40,539 nt of DNA, from NCBI GenBank assembly GCA_048213135.1, contig PS015025.1, positions 89,170 to 129,708 on the forward strand. Reading direction: 5' to 3'. Shown in pieces: positions 12,683 to 23,887 of the stretch (positions are counted from its first letter, which is position 1; every line of letters starts with the position of its first letter). Made by a program: the position numbers and the translations under genes. Under the pieces are notes generated by a model. The model did not search any database, was not told the origin of the DNA, and saw only the letters and a list, made by a program, of their open reading frames with translations. The stretch is from Reclinomonas americana ATCC 50394. Its lineage: Eukaryota.

Positions 12683-13558
12683 GTGAGGAAGGAGGAGGGG
12701 AAAGGGGAGGGAGGGAATGGAGGGGGGAGAGAGGGAGGGAGGGAAGGGAAGGAGGGAAGGGAGGGAGAGAGGAAGAGGCAGGAAGGGATAGAGGAGCAGC
12801 AATGCTCTCTGTGAGACACATATCAAAGATGAGGCGCTGAGTGTTCATGCGCAAGCAGGTAGATACGCTCTGCGTGAGAGTGAGATTTGTTATCATCGAG
12901 ATGAAGAGGAACAAGCACGCGCACGGAGAGCGAATGAGATATGTGCTGTGGGCGACACAACAAGATGCCCTGTGAAACACTCCAAAGACGTTCACGCAGG
13001 CAGGGAGATATGCTCTGCAAGAGAGCAAGATGAGATGAAGAAGAACAGCATGTGTGTGAGAGGGAAGTTGCAGAAAGTGTTGTACTCTTGTCGAACTCTG
13101 CGCAGAGAGCAATGAAGAAGAATGCGCACATGGACGCACACGCAGAGAGAGGGAGAAACTGCTGGAAGCGCTCCACTCCTGTCAGTCTCTGCGCAGCCCT
13201 GCTCATCGAGAAAGAGAGCGATGGCGAAGATTGCGCACATGCACGCACACACAGAGAGAGAAGAGGCAATGCGCACGCAGAATGATTCGTCATGCGAATT
13301 CAGAGTCGTGCCATCGTGCAGTTGAGGAGGAACGGGCGTAGGCAGAGAGAGANNNNNNNNNNNNNNNNNNNNNNNNNNNNNNNNNNNNNNNNNNNNNNNN
13401 NNNNNNNNNNNNNNNNNNNNNNNNNNNNNNNNNNNNNNNNNNNNNNNNNNNNNNNNNNNNNNNNNNNNNNNNNNNNNNNNNNNNNNNNNNNNNNNNNNNN
13501 NNNNNNNNNNNNNNNNNNNNNNNNNNNNCTGATGATGATGACAACAATGCGCACACAG

Positions 13559-13803
13559 TCGGTGGCGGCTGCGCCCGTGTCGAGCATTGGCGCCGAGGCC
13601 GAGTACGTGATGGTTCCACGTGAGGGCGTGAAGGGCCTGAATGTGGACCTCAATTGGAGTCTGGTGCGTGATGGCGTCGCACCGTCGGGTGCCGCCTACC
13701 GCAATGCATCGGTCGCCGCACTCGCCGACGCCATTCCACCAGGAGTGCTCGGTGAGTGAGCAGGCAAGAAGAGAAAGAGAGGCGTGCGAGCTGTCATCAC
13801 CGA

Positions 13804-13850
<47 letters not shown>

Positions 13851-15302
13851 CGCGGGTCGATGCAGATGCGCAACAGGTGGCGTCAGTGTCGGCGGGCACG
13901 GCAGCGCCGGCGATTGCGAGTGTGTCGCTGGAGGGACCACCGGCGGCGGTGCGAGTGGCGCCTGGTGCGGCGGCGGCGGCGGTGACTCGCCTGTCACGGC
14001 GCCAGTTCAATCGCTTGTTCCGTTTGGCGACTGAGCATCTGTCGGCGTCACCCGAGGTGTTTGTCAATGATGGCGCTGTGGGATCGGCCCCGGCCACGGC
14101 GGTGCCTGTGCGTGCCATCTCCGACAATGCTCTCTCTTCACTGTCATGGAGGTGCGATGCAGTTGGTGCATACACAGTGGTGGTTATGCCGTTGGTGCTC
14201 ATGCGCGAATCCGCAGCAACTTTTTGAACAAGGTCTCCATGCGTGATCCCTTCAGCTTTGCACAACGTGTGACCGTGTACAACGTGCCGCTGTTTGCGGC
14301 GGCGGCCGAGGAGCTCGGTGAGCAAGGAGACAGCTCGCTCACAACACTCGTGTCCACGTGCTGTGCGTCTCATTATTGTGTGCATCTGTGTAGCCGCCGT
14401 GGGCATCAAGGGCACCGACGCTCTGGTGGTCAATGCGCAACGCGGTGCCGTGCTTGCTTTCGGCTCGTCCGCACAGCTGGCCACGGCCGCTGCACGGAAT
14501 GCAGTTTTCCAGTTGGCTGCTGCGGCCGGTGTGTTTCATTTGTTGTCTTTGTCCGCGCTTTTCTTTGATGCCCATGTGCGCGATTGCAGAGGATGGCGCC
14601 GTGGCTTTGCCCGATGCTGATGCTCGCATGATCGGTGGCAAGTTTGTGGCTGTCGTTGACGGATCATCGGTGGCCGGCGGCTATGGGTGCGGCTGAGACG
14701 CAGACAGAGAGAGAGAGTACTGTGGGAGATCATCATCTCATTCGTGCTGTGTGCAGCTACTCTGGCCTCTTCTGGTCCGACGCTGGTCTCTCGCGTGCCT
14801 GGATTGGTGCCGAGGGCGCATCAGTGGCCGCGCAGAGCGGTGCTGTGCTCAATCGCGACTCAGGTGCCGTGCAAGCCGCGGTGACTGCGGGCCAGGCCAA
14901 TCTGGTGCCGAAGCCTGACGTGCGTTGACACGTGTTGTGTGTGTTTTTCCCTTTATTCCAGCGTCATCAGCTCATTCCTCGTGTGCTCAGGCCGTGGTGT
15001 TTGTGTCGTCGGCCGCCAAGAAGAGTGGCCGTGTGGACTCGCAGGAGAAGCTGCTGTCGGTGCTGTTGGCACGGCCGGCGGTGCTGACAACGGATCCATT
15101 CCAGTTGTCCGCGGCACTGTGGTCCCGAGCGCAGGCCTCCAAAACACCACTTCTGGTGGTCAAGTCTAACGACGAGGTGGCCAACTTCTCAGGGATCGCC
15201 AACGCCACGGCCGACGTGAAGGAGAACCCCGCCGCTGTGGAGGCTTTCCGAGGCGTTTTCCCGGCGCCGGCTCCACCAGCCGCCGATGCTGCCAAGAAGT
15301 AA
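13559..15302 (+). CDS. Divergent PEP-carboxykinase (ATP)-fold-like protein, 5' partial
   Basis: Spliced product has PREG..LN.DLNWSL..GV...AYRN and LSRRQFNRLFRLATEHLS..EVFVNDGAVGS....VPVRAISD, resembling the PEPCK N-terminal domain. No GxxGxGKT P-loop is seen. Six introns; TAA stop. Confidence 0.65.
13807..13847. repeat. (GT)n microsatellite in an intron
   Basis: About 20 perfect GT units. Confidence 0.9.
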
Positions 15303-16212
15303 GCCTACAGCAGCAGCAGCAGCAACAACGTTGTGTCCTTGTATTCGCGTCTGGTGCACCCGCACCCCATTCTCTTCACATTAACAGTGAAAGTAACCTA
15401 TGCTTTTCTCACCTCTATCGCGGCTGAGCGCCTTTAATCGCGCACTCAGCGACACAATTTGTTCACCCGGTCTCTCACTACGCACACACAAACACACACA
15501 CACACACACTCGCCGAGAGTTGCACACACGCCACCACGCTCACACCCGCACAAAAACATAGAGGATACAGATTGCAGTGATGATGAACGAGGCGCCGCGC
15601 AGTTCGACACCTCCCGAGTCCCACATTTCTGCATGCCACGACCGGGTAAGCCAAGTGTGACACACAGGCGAGTACACGAGATGGTGCATTCACTACTCAC
15701 CCCCTCGTTTGAACATTTAACAACACACACACACATACGACAGATAACGCAATGCATACACAAGAAGAAAAGCCAAGCAAAAAAAAGACATCGTCGTCGT
15801 CGACTGCAAACATGGAGACAATAGAGAGACTGCCGCGGATTACATAAAGTCTGTGTGTGGCAAGCAATCTGTGAGCACGAATCGCAGCACGGAACATGAC
15901 GCATGTGTGTATCAAACAAACCATCGGGATCCCAGTCTGCATACGCAAGCATACACAAGGCGCAGAGTGAGACATCGAGTGACTGATATATCTATCATAG
16001 ATTCTTTGTCTTCCTTTCTCAAGATGACGATAAGAATGTTGCCCCCGTATAGTGCCAAGTATCCACGATAGTACACATCATTGGCTTGGTATGGAGTGAA
16101 TAAGAGCAGATCATTCTTGGCCATCTAGGTCGCTGATAACCGCACTAACGAACGGCTGCCAGCTGATGAGAGGCCTCAACAGGGGGAGAGAGAGAGAGAC
16201 AGGGGGGGGAAA

Positions 16213-16480
16213 GGTGGGCTCTTGTTCACACCGTATCTCTTCTTCTCTTTTCCTCTCTCATGCACAACCTCTTTCTCCTCCTACTCACTTCAGCCAAAGG
16301 AGGTGGCCTCTTGCTCACACGATATCTCTTCATCTGTTTTCCTCTCTCATGTACACCCTCCTTCTCATTTCATCCTATTCTTCTGTTTCACAGAAGGGAG
16401 AAAGTGAGACAGGAGGTGGTCTCTTGTTCACACAATATCTCCTCTTCTCCTTTCCTCTCTCATGCACATCCTCTTTCTCC
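16213..16480. repeat. Three degenerate ~68-bp direct repeats
   Basis: ggtgg.ctcttg(t/c)tcacac..tatctc...tttcctctctcatg(c/t)aca.cctc.ttctc at about 16213, 16302 and 16415. Confidence 0.7.
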
Positions 16481-16584
16481 TTCTTACCACCATCCGATCC
16501 CCTTCCTGTTCTTCCCAATATCTCTTCTTCTCTTTCCCTTGTATCACTCTCTTTCTCCTCCTCACTTCATCCTATTCCTCTGTA

Positions 16585-18979
16585 TCACTCACCGTCGTCC
16601 TCCTCCTTGCCCGTAATCTCCAGATACTCATTCAACTCCGTCAGGTCAATGGCGTAGCGCAGAATACCACCAATGCCACCAAAGCCGCGCACAAACTGCG
16701 AGCCCTCCTGGCTGAGGTTGGTGACGAATTCGAGATGGCAACCGAACGTCTTGTATGCGATCGTCAGCCAGTCGGTCATTGGGTCCGAGTCGACGACCTC
16801 CAGGTGGGAACCTGCGGCACGAATATTTTTCAGCCCCGACATTTTCTCTTCTCCAACACACAACACAAAACAAGTGACAACTCACCAGTCTCCGGGTCCA
16901 CAAAGTGGCTCTCGTCCTTGGCCTGCTCGGGGGTGAGGAACTTGAACATTTCATCTGCAAGCGCAGTTTAACAATCAGCATCGCGACATCACAATATCTC
17001 GTGACTCTCCCTCCTCTCACGAACCACCACTGGCAGTGTTGCGCATGACATAGCGCGTGCACTCGAGGTTTTCCCACACAATCAGCGTCTCCACGGCGCC
17101 GAGTTCGAGTGCCTTGAGTGTGTCGGATACACCAAACACGAACTTGTTCGTGTCTGCAGCACTATCCAGTCAGCAAGCGCACATTTCGCAAGACACAAGA
17201 CACACGGCGCTTCGCTCAATCAAGACCTTGGTGAATCTGCTCGAAAAAGTGATTGATCAACTTCTTCTCCTGCACAAACTTGACCGAGGACAATGATTCG
17301 GCAGCCAACTCAATGGCCTGGTTGAAGCCAGCCTCGCCACCGTACGCCACATCGACACTGCAAATGACCTTGCAGGCCAGGCGCGGATCAAACATGTCCG
17401 AGCCACCCAATTCTGTCTTGAAGTCGGCCGAACCAGCCAACACCAGTCCCGACACATTCGCTCGGTCGTTGGCGATGAAGAGTTGCGTGGCACACTCGGC
17501 CACCTTGCGCAGGTAGTTGTGACGCTTCTCCAGACGCAGACGGGCGAAACGCACGGCTGACTGACCACCACGACCGTGTTTCTGCAAATCGAACGAGTGA
17601 TGAATTCACCTGCAAAGTAAATGGCGAGCGTGCTGGCGCACACACACACACACAGACCTTGGGCAGGTCGACGAGGAACTTGTGAATGACCTCGCGCGAG
17701 TTGCCACGCAGTGTACCAAACAGGCAGCCATTACCGTCCATCACTGCAGTAATCGATCGATCAGCAAGGACACGCATCCACCCCGACAAATATGCACACA
17801 GCAACCCACCGATGAAGCCGAACGCCTGGTCGTCCACCAGCAGCTCCGACAGTGGCTCCGTGTGGAAGCGGTTGTCGCACAGGTACAGCGATGTGTTGAT
17901 GGGCTTGAATGGTTCAAAGTCATAAGTGACCTTCTTCTCCTTGCCATCCTCGGTCAGCACCGTACCGCAGTAGATCACCAACCCGTTCGGCGGTGTCTGC
18001 TCGCCACCTTGGTGAGAGTGCTGCGCGAGCGCCAGTGTGCTCTAACAGCAGTGCGTGCACACAAACCTTGTTGTAGAGCTTCAGACGCTGCATCACAGAT
18101 GTGATGGCATCGAGCACCGACTGACGATTCACACGACTCTTGATGTTGGTGGCCGTGCCCTGCTCTTCGGAAAGCATCTTGTTTGCACGCGAGATCTGCC
18201 AGTACACAAACACACAAACACACAATCAGTCTTCGACTGCGACGTAGGGCAGCAAGGCATCGTGTTGCCCACCTGTTCACCCGGCGGCAGAATCAAGGAA
18301 CTGACATTGCAAAAGAGGAGCAAGGAGTGAGACGGGGGTTATAGAGAGGGGAGGGACGGACGCCGCAACATCATGCTCTGCGTGCGGAGAAAGCAAGAGT
18401 GAGTGTGCGATGATGGCGGATTGGACAACAATAATAAGCACAACTCACCGTGCCTGACAACCGCCGCACACGCACACGCACCGAAGAACAGCACAGTGAG
18501 CATATACATAGAGAGGGAGGAGAAGCGACTGGTACTTGCACACACACACACACACACACCATTGCTGTGTTGCACATCAATGAGCATCATTATTATGTAC
18601 ACAACGAGAGAGTGGTCACATTTGTTGGAACTCACCCGCGTGCTTCGTCCAGCTTGCGAATCATCTTCTTCACACGGAATTGCTCTATTCACATATGTGG
18701 AACACAGTGAGCAGCAGGTGCGACGCATGAAAAGGAGAGCGTCGGAAGTAGTTGGTGATGTGCATGTACACCCGTCGCACTCAACACCAAGCACGTACAG
18801 CTTGAAACGCCGTTCGACAGACAGACAGAAAAGAGACAGAGCGTGGGAGACAGCAGCACAGACAAGCTCTCTGTTCTCTCTATTCTCTCTGTCTGTGCGC
18901 GTGCGTGTGCACACCATGCCCCAAAAAAGCACGCACCAATGTTGACATCGTACGCCGAGTTTGCCGAGGACGACGCCAT
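16585..18979 (-). CDS. ETF1: Eukaryotic peptide chain release factor 1
   Basis: Spliced product contains [35 protein letters not shown] and [17 protein letters not shown]. Micro-exons lie at 18560-18564, 18449-18453 and 18370-18377. The 3' end is uncertain: either TGA at 16585 or further acidic micro-exons down to about 15790. Confidence 0.97.
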
Positions 18980-19125
18980 GGTTAACGAAAGGAGAGTGGA
19001 GGAAGAGCGAAGCGGAGGGGGATAACAAAAGCGTGCGCCCAGCGCCGAAGTGAGTGAGAGGGACAGTCGCTCGCGCATCATCATCTGTCCCCGTTTCCAC
19101 ATCGCTGTCAACACACGAACGAGAG
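18980..19125. promoter_or_regulatory. Compact divergent (bidirectional) promoter region between eRF1 and LAMTOR1
   Basis: The two ATGs are 146 bp apart and point away from each other. No specific motif was identified. Confidence 0.55.
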
Positions 19126-20270
19126 ATGGGCTGCTCACAAACAAAGCAAGCTGGTGAGTGAAGGAGAAGGAGAAGGAAAAGGAGAAAGAGGAGGAGAAGA
19201 AGAGTGTGGCAAGTGTGTGTGCGGATATTTTTTCCTCATTGTGTGTGTTGTGTGAGGGGTATCTGCATCAACGTGTCACGCGTGTCTGTCTCTCCTTTCT
19301 CTACTCCAAATGGTGTGGACAACGCGCATGCTCGTGTGCGTGCATGTGTGTGCGCGCGTGTGTGTGTGTGTGGGGTTGTCGCGAGTGTGAACATCACGCG
19401 CCATGCCGCATGCCCTCGCGACTCACACACGCACACTACAGACGCTCAGGCAAGTCGGCAGCGTATTCCGGCGGCGGGAGATGGCTCCTCGGGCGCAGGA
19501 GGCGCCTCAGCAGCGCGACCGGCGGGTGGCGCAGGAGCGGGATCGTCGGGCGCAGTGGCGGGCTCTGTGAGCCGCAGGATAGGCAGCGGCGGAGCGTGAG
19601 TACACAATGACAAGCGAGTACGCGTGCGTGCAGCATGCTCATTTCCTTGTTGGATGGAACAGTGAGGAGGATGACACTCGCATGGGCACGTCGTACACGG
19701 ACGAGCGCATGGCACAGCAGTTCTACAAGGAGATTATCGACCGAACGGCGCAGTTTCGTCTTCTCTCGCGGCAGCGTGTTTGACGGACGGTGGAGTGCTC
19801 ATTGAGTCTCTGCACAGCAACTTTATCGATGTCGATCAGATGCCCACCACGTTTGACTCGGCCGATGCGTCGCGCACCCTGCAAGTGTACTGGTTGGTAC
19901 AAGTAATAATTCCTTGCTGCGTCCGCTTTTCCTTGTGCCTGACTCGTTGGGCGCTGTGCACAGCGATCGCATTCGCAATCCCGAAGTCATGGAGCTGGTG
20001 GCGCACTCGTTTGCGCTGCCGCCGTCCAACGTGCGCGACGTGAACAGCCTCGTGTCGGCGGCCTCGGATGCCTCCATCTCGGCCGACGAAGTGGCACTGG
20101 TGAGTTTCCCTTTGACATTTTTGCTCGCTGCCAACACAAGTCTCACGTTTTGTTATGTTGCGCAGTTGAACCGCATCTCCGAGTCGCTGTCGCACGCACG
20201 ACGAGACATGACGGTGCACGGCGCCGAGCGGGTGGTTGTCCTGCTGCCGGAGATTTCCGCGCGTGCGTAA
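19126..20270 (+). CDS. LAMTOR1: Ragulator subunit LAMTOR1/p18 (Meh1/Ego1 family)
   Basis: N-terminal MGCSQTK lipidation-type start, the family motif FYKEIIDRTAHNFIDV and a C-terminal V...ERVVV.LP. Five introns; TAA stop. Confidence 0.75.
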
Positions 20271-20415
20271 GAGTTTTTTTCGCAGTGAGAAGAGAGAAAA
20301 GTGGCGATTTGAGAATAGGCCCCGTGTGCGTCGGGCGAGAGGTGAATGCAGGAAGAGTTGTTGTTTGACGTCGTGCGTCCCACTGTCGATTCCATTTTTT
20401 GACAACAACGACGAG

Positions 20416-21289
20416 ATGAGGGAGAAAGATCGCGCCTTTCGTCGCCAGCGCAATGAGCAAGGCGTGTCACTGACGGCGCTTGCTCGCCGTGGTGTCGGCA
20501 GAAACGTAACCCGCTCAAAACGTTTCGTTGAGTACACGCACATTCTCACGTGGCGTCACCACCTCACACGTCATCACCCGTCGCACACAGAGTTGAAGGA
20601 GGCCAAGGATCGGAGATGGCAGACAGTCATGTCGTACCGCAAGATGATGAAGAAGCTGGAGGCGGAGACGACGGGGCCTGATCGAGGAGTTGCGCGCCAT
20701 GTGCACATTCACATGCACAGACACACACACAGCAACAGCAGAGACACACACGTGATGCTTCAACTATTATCTACATTGTTTGAGATCTCATGAGAACACA
20801 AATCTGTTGCCTGATGTTGATCGCTGTTGTTGTCACTGTCACTGGTGTGTGCGCGATGTTTCCGTGATGAGATGACTCATTGGAATCGCGTTGCTGCAGG
20901 TGGCCGTCTACGATCACCTTCGTGACGAGGAGCAGCGCGAGGATGTGCACGCGCGTGTGCAGCAGCCAGAGCAGCCAGAGCGTCAGCAGCAGCAGCAGCC
21001 ATCACGCTCACGTCACTCTGAGAAGAAGACGACAACAACAGCGCGTCCGAATCCATTTGCGCGCGCACTGGCGACCGCAGCGCAAGCCAAGGCGGAGCGC
21101 GAGGCCGACTGGGCCAAGCAGCGTGCGGAGGCTGCGGAGGCGGCGGGAAAGCGTCACGAGTCGGAGGTCAGGCGTCGCGAACGCAGATTACAGTCGCTGA
21201 AGAAGACGCGCAAGGGACAGCCGATCATGAAGCACGTGATCAATGACTTGCTGGCGCGGTTGCAGGCCGATGAGGGCGATGGGAAGTGA
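20416..21289 (+). CDS. CCDC59/TAP26/Fyv7-like basic coiled-coil rRNA-processing protein
   Basis: Two introns (donors at 20522 and 20689); C-terminal KKTRKGQPIMKHVINDLLARLQ motif. Confidence 0.75.
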
Positions 21290-21421
21290 AGGCTATGTAT
21301 ATTATTACGTGCGACTCGCATGTTCACCAATGCGTTCAGGCACGAAGGCGCAAAGAAAGCGCAGAGAGCGAAAATTGCATTTGTTCGTCGCGTTTGAGAG
21401 AGTGAGAGTGTGTGCACGCAG

Positions 21422-23746
21422 ATGTGAGTGTTGTCTTGTTATGCATGCGTGTGTGTGCGCTTCTGTCTCACATGCGACACAGGTGCGACAGCAATGGGCA
21501 GAACCCACTGGTGCCTCTTTCCGAGGAGCATCAGACTCTGAAGACTGTGACGTTTGCATTGTTTTGGGTGTGGGGTACGTGTCGCCCTCTCTCTCTCTCT
21601 CCCCTTCCCCTTCCCTCACACTCACACTCTCTCTCTGTCTGTGCGTGTCAGCGGCGGCATGGATCACTGTCGTCGCGCTCTTCATTCATCGACGAAAGCA
21701 GTTGGAGATCAGGAAGCGTCACTCTGGCTTGACAGTGTTGGGCGAGATCGGTGGATTCATCATATTACTCTTTGGTGCCACGACACAAAAGGTTTTCTTG
21801 TTTTCTTGATTGATCATGCTGTACTTGTATTTCGCGTCTTCTCGCAATCAAATCATCGAGTCGCGACTTGCACAGTGGCCCGACCTGCCGTGCCCTGTGA
21901 TTCTGTATGTGGCACTGGTGGCGTTCCCGTTGTACTCGATTCCGTCGCTGCTGAGGTGGCGTCGCGCGTGTGCCTTCCCTTTGTCGTGCTGAATCATGTC
22001 ATCATTGCTGTGCGCACGCAGATGCATCCGCCTGCTGGTGGTCTTCACCACGCAGTCGTCGCTGTCGGCCACGTACGCCATTGAGTCGTCGGCCTCTACA
22101 GTGTCGCTGCTGATGGCCATGGATGAGAACGACGATGGGATGCCGAGCAGTGCAAGTTTCTCGGCGCTGGCTGGTCTCGATGCGCACGCTGGCGGCGACA
22201 AGGAGACCACTCCGTTTGCGATGGGAGGAAGTGTGAACGACAGCGGCAGTGGTAGTGGTGGCGGCGGTGGTGGCGGGTACGGCTCTGTGAACAGCAGCAG
22301 TCAGCAGCTCGACGAATCGGGCGCGCTGTTGGATCCCATGGAGCCGCAGTCGCTGGGTCGTCTCAATCGCTCCATCAGCCGCACAAAGATGCTATCGGCG
22401 GCCTCACGGCGCTACACCACCGAGTTCCTGGTGGCTGTGCTGGCGGTGACGGAGTTGATTTTGCTGATTGTTGGTGCGTCTCACACGTGTCTGAAAGAAC
22501 GAAAGAAAAGACAGACAGACACGTGTGTTTGCGCGGACCCTCACATGAGTGTGCCGATGCGCAGCTGTCGTGGTGGAAATGGTATGGGTGCCGTGGTCGC
22601 TGGACGTGCTCAGCAACACCGATGAGTGCCTGTGCTTGCGGATAGGTGTGTGCTGAAGTGTTTCGTGCATCTTCCATCCGCCGTCGCTCACTGATTGCGT
22701 GTTTTTTTGTGCTTGCAGAGGAGGTGGGCAGCGTTCTTTTCCTTCCACGATCATGGTGTTGTGTGCTTACATGGATGTGTGCGTGCAGTGGACACTGAAG
22801 GCTGTTGGCCTGATTACGTTTGTCATCTTGTTGGCGTACTTTTGGTTTGCGTACGCCCTCCGACGAGTGCAAGACGAATTCAACATTCGCCGCGAGCTCA
22901 TGGCCCTACTGGCACTTGACACGCTGCTCCTCATTCCCTTCTTCATCCTCCAATGGTGGCCCGATCACCGATTCTCCTGGCCCGCCACGCCGGTGCCTGG
23001 GTGGCTGGTTGGCGTGCACATTGTCGGTCACTCGCTGGTCTCGCTGGTGTGGCCAGTGTGGCGTTCCTTCCGTATCGATGGTCGTGAGGTCGAGCACAAT
23101 GTCTCGCGCACACTTCTCAGCGGCTCATTTGAGGCCGTGTTGCTCAGTCCCGATGGCCGACAGGTGCGTGTGTTGTACCTCGCAAAATCCCGTGCGCTTC
23201 TGACTGACGAGTTGTTCGTTAATGCAGGCGTTTGCCAAGTACTTGACCAGCGAGTTCAATCTGGAGAGCCTCATGTTTTGCACGTTGCGTACTTGTGCAG
23301 CAGCGCTTTTTCGCAGCAGTTGACTCACGGAGGCGCAGCGAGGTGGAGAACTTGAAGAACTTCAAGACGCGCCGCACGTTGAAGCGCGCCTGCGCCAGAA
23401 TACGGCAGCGCTACATTGACTCGGGGTCGATGATGGAGCTGAATGTGACTGCCGACGAGCGAGCGGCAACCCTGGCCACGCTGGAGCGTGACGCCGGCGA
23501 TCGCAATGCGTTCGAGCCGTGTTATCGCTCAGTTTTGAACTCGCTGCGGACCGACAGCTTCCAACGGTATGCATACGCAGGGCAAGAGGGATGATCTTCG
23601 TTGTCGTCTCACCTTACACTCGTCTGTGCAGCTTCTCGGCCACCAGCGAGTATCGGCGATTCTGCGAGCGCGGTCGCGACTTGCACAGTCGCCTTTCGAT
23701 CGCCGGATTCGTGTCGGTCGAAGTCGGCGATTCAGGTAACTTGTGA
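21422..23746 (+). CDS. Multi-pass (7TM-type) membrane protein fused to a C-terminal RGS domain (AtRGS1-like architecture)
   Basis: About seven hydrophobic segments, with IRKRHS, LPC and VQDEFNIRREL motifs, followed by an RGS box (FEAVLLSPDGRQAFAKYLTSEFNLESLMF...IRQRYIDSGSMMELNV...LRTDSFQRF). The ATG is split by intron 21424-21482 and there is a 5-nt micro-exon at 22719-22723. Confidence 0.85.
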
Positions 23747-23887
23747 GGGAGGGAAAGAGAATAGGAGGGGGTGGGTGGGGGAAGGACTTGTTAAGCGAAA
23801 AAGCACCAATAATATAACGAAGAGCATGGAGGAAATTCGTGAAGTTGTCCTCTTGTCATGCATCATTGCGTGCTTTTTCCGATACAC

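Noticed and set aside
12816-13352. Exon-like pieces on the minus strand
   Set aside because: No coherent spliced protein could be built; probably COQ7 intron sequence.
15912-16124. AT-richer 70-aa ORF MAKNDLLLF..
   Set aside because: Short, with no recognisable homology; it probably lies in an eRF1 intron or 3' region.
8398-16480. Spaced repeats as a CRISPR array or MITE
   Set aside because: The copies are degenerate and intronic in a eukaryotic context, with no cas genes, terminal inverted repeats or target-site duplications.
18112-18135. eRF1 VNRQSV (Gln for Leu) as a sign of a variant genetic code
   Set aside because: Gln at this position also occurs in standard-code organisms such as plants, and no in-frame stops were seen in exons.
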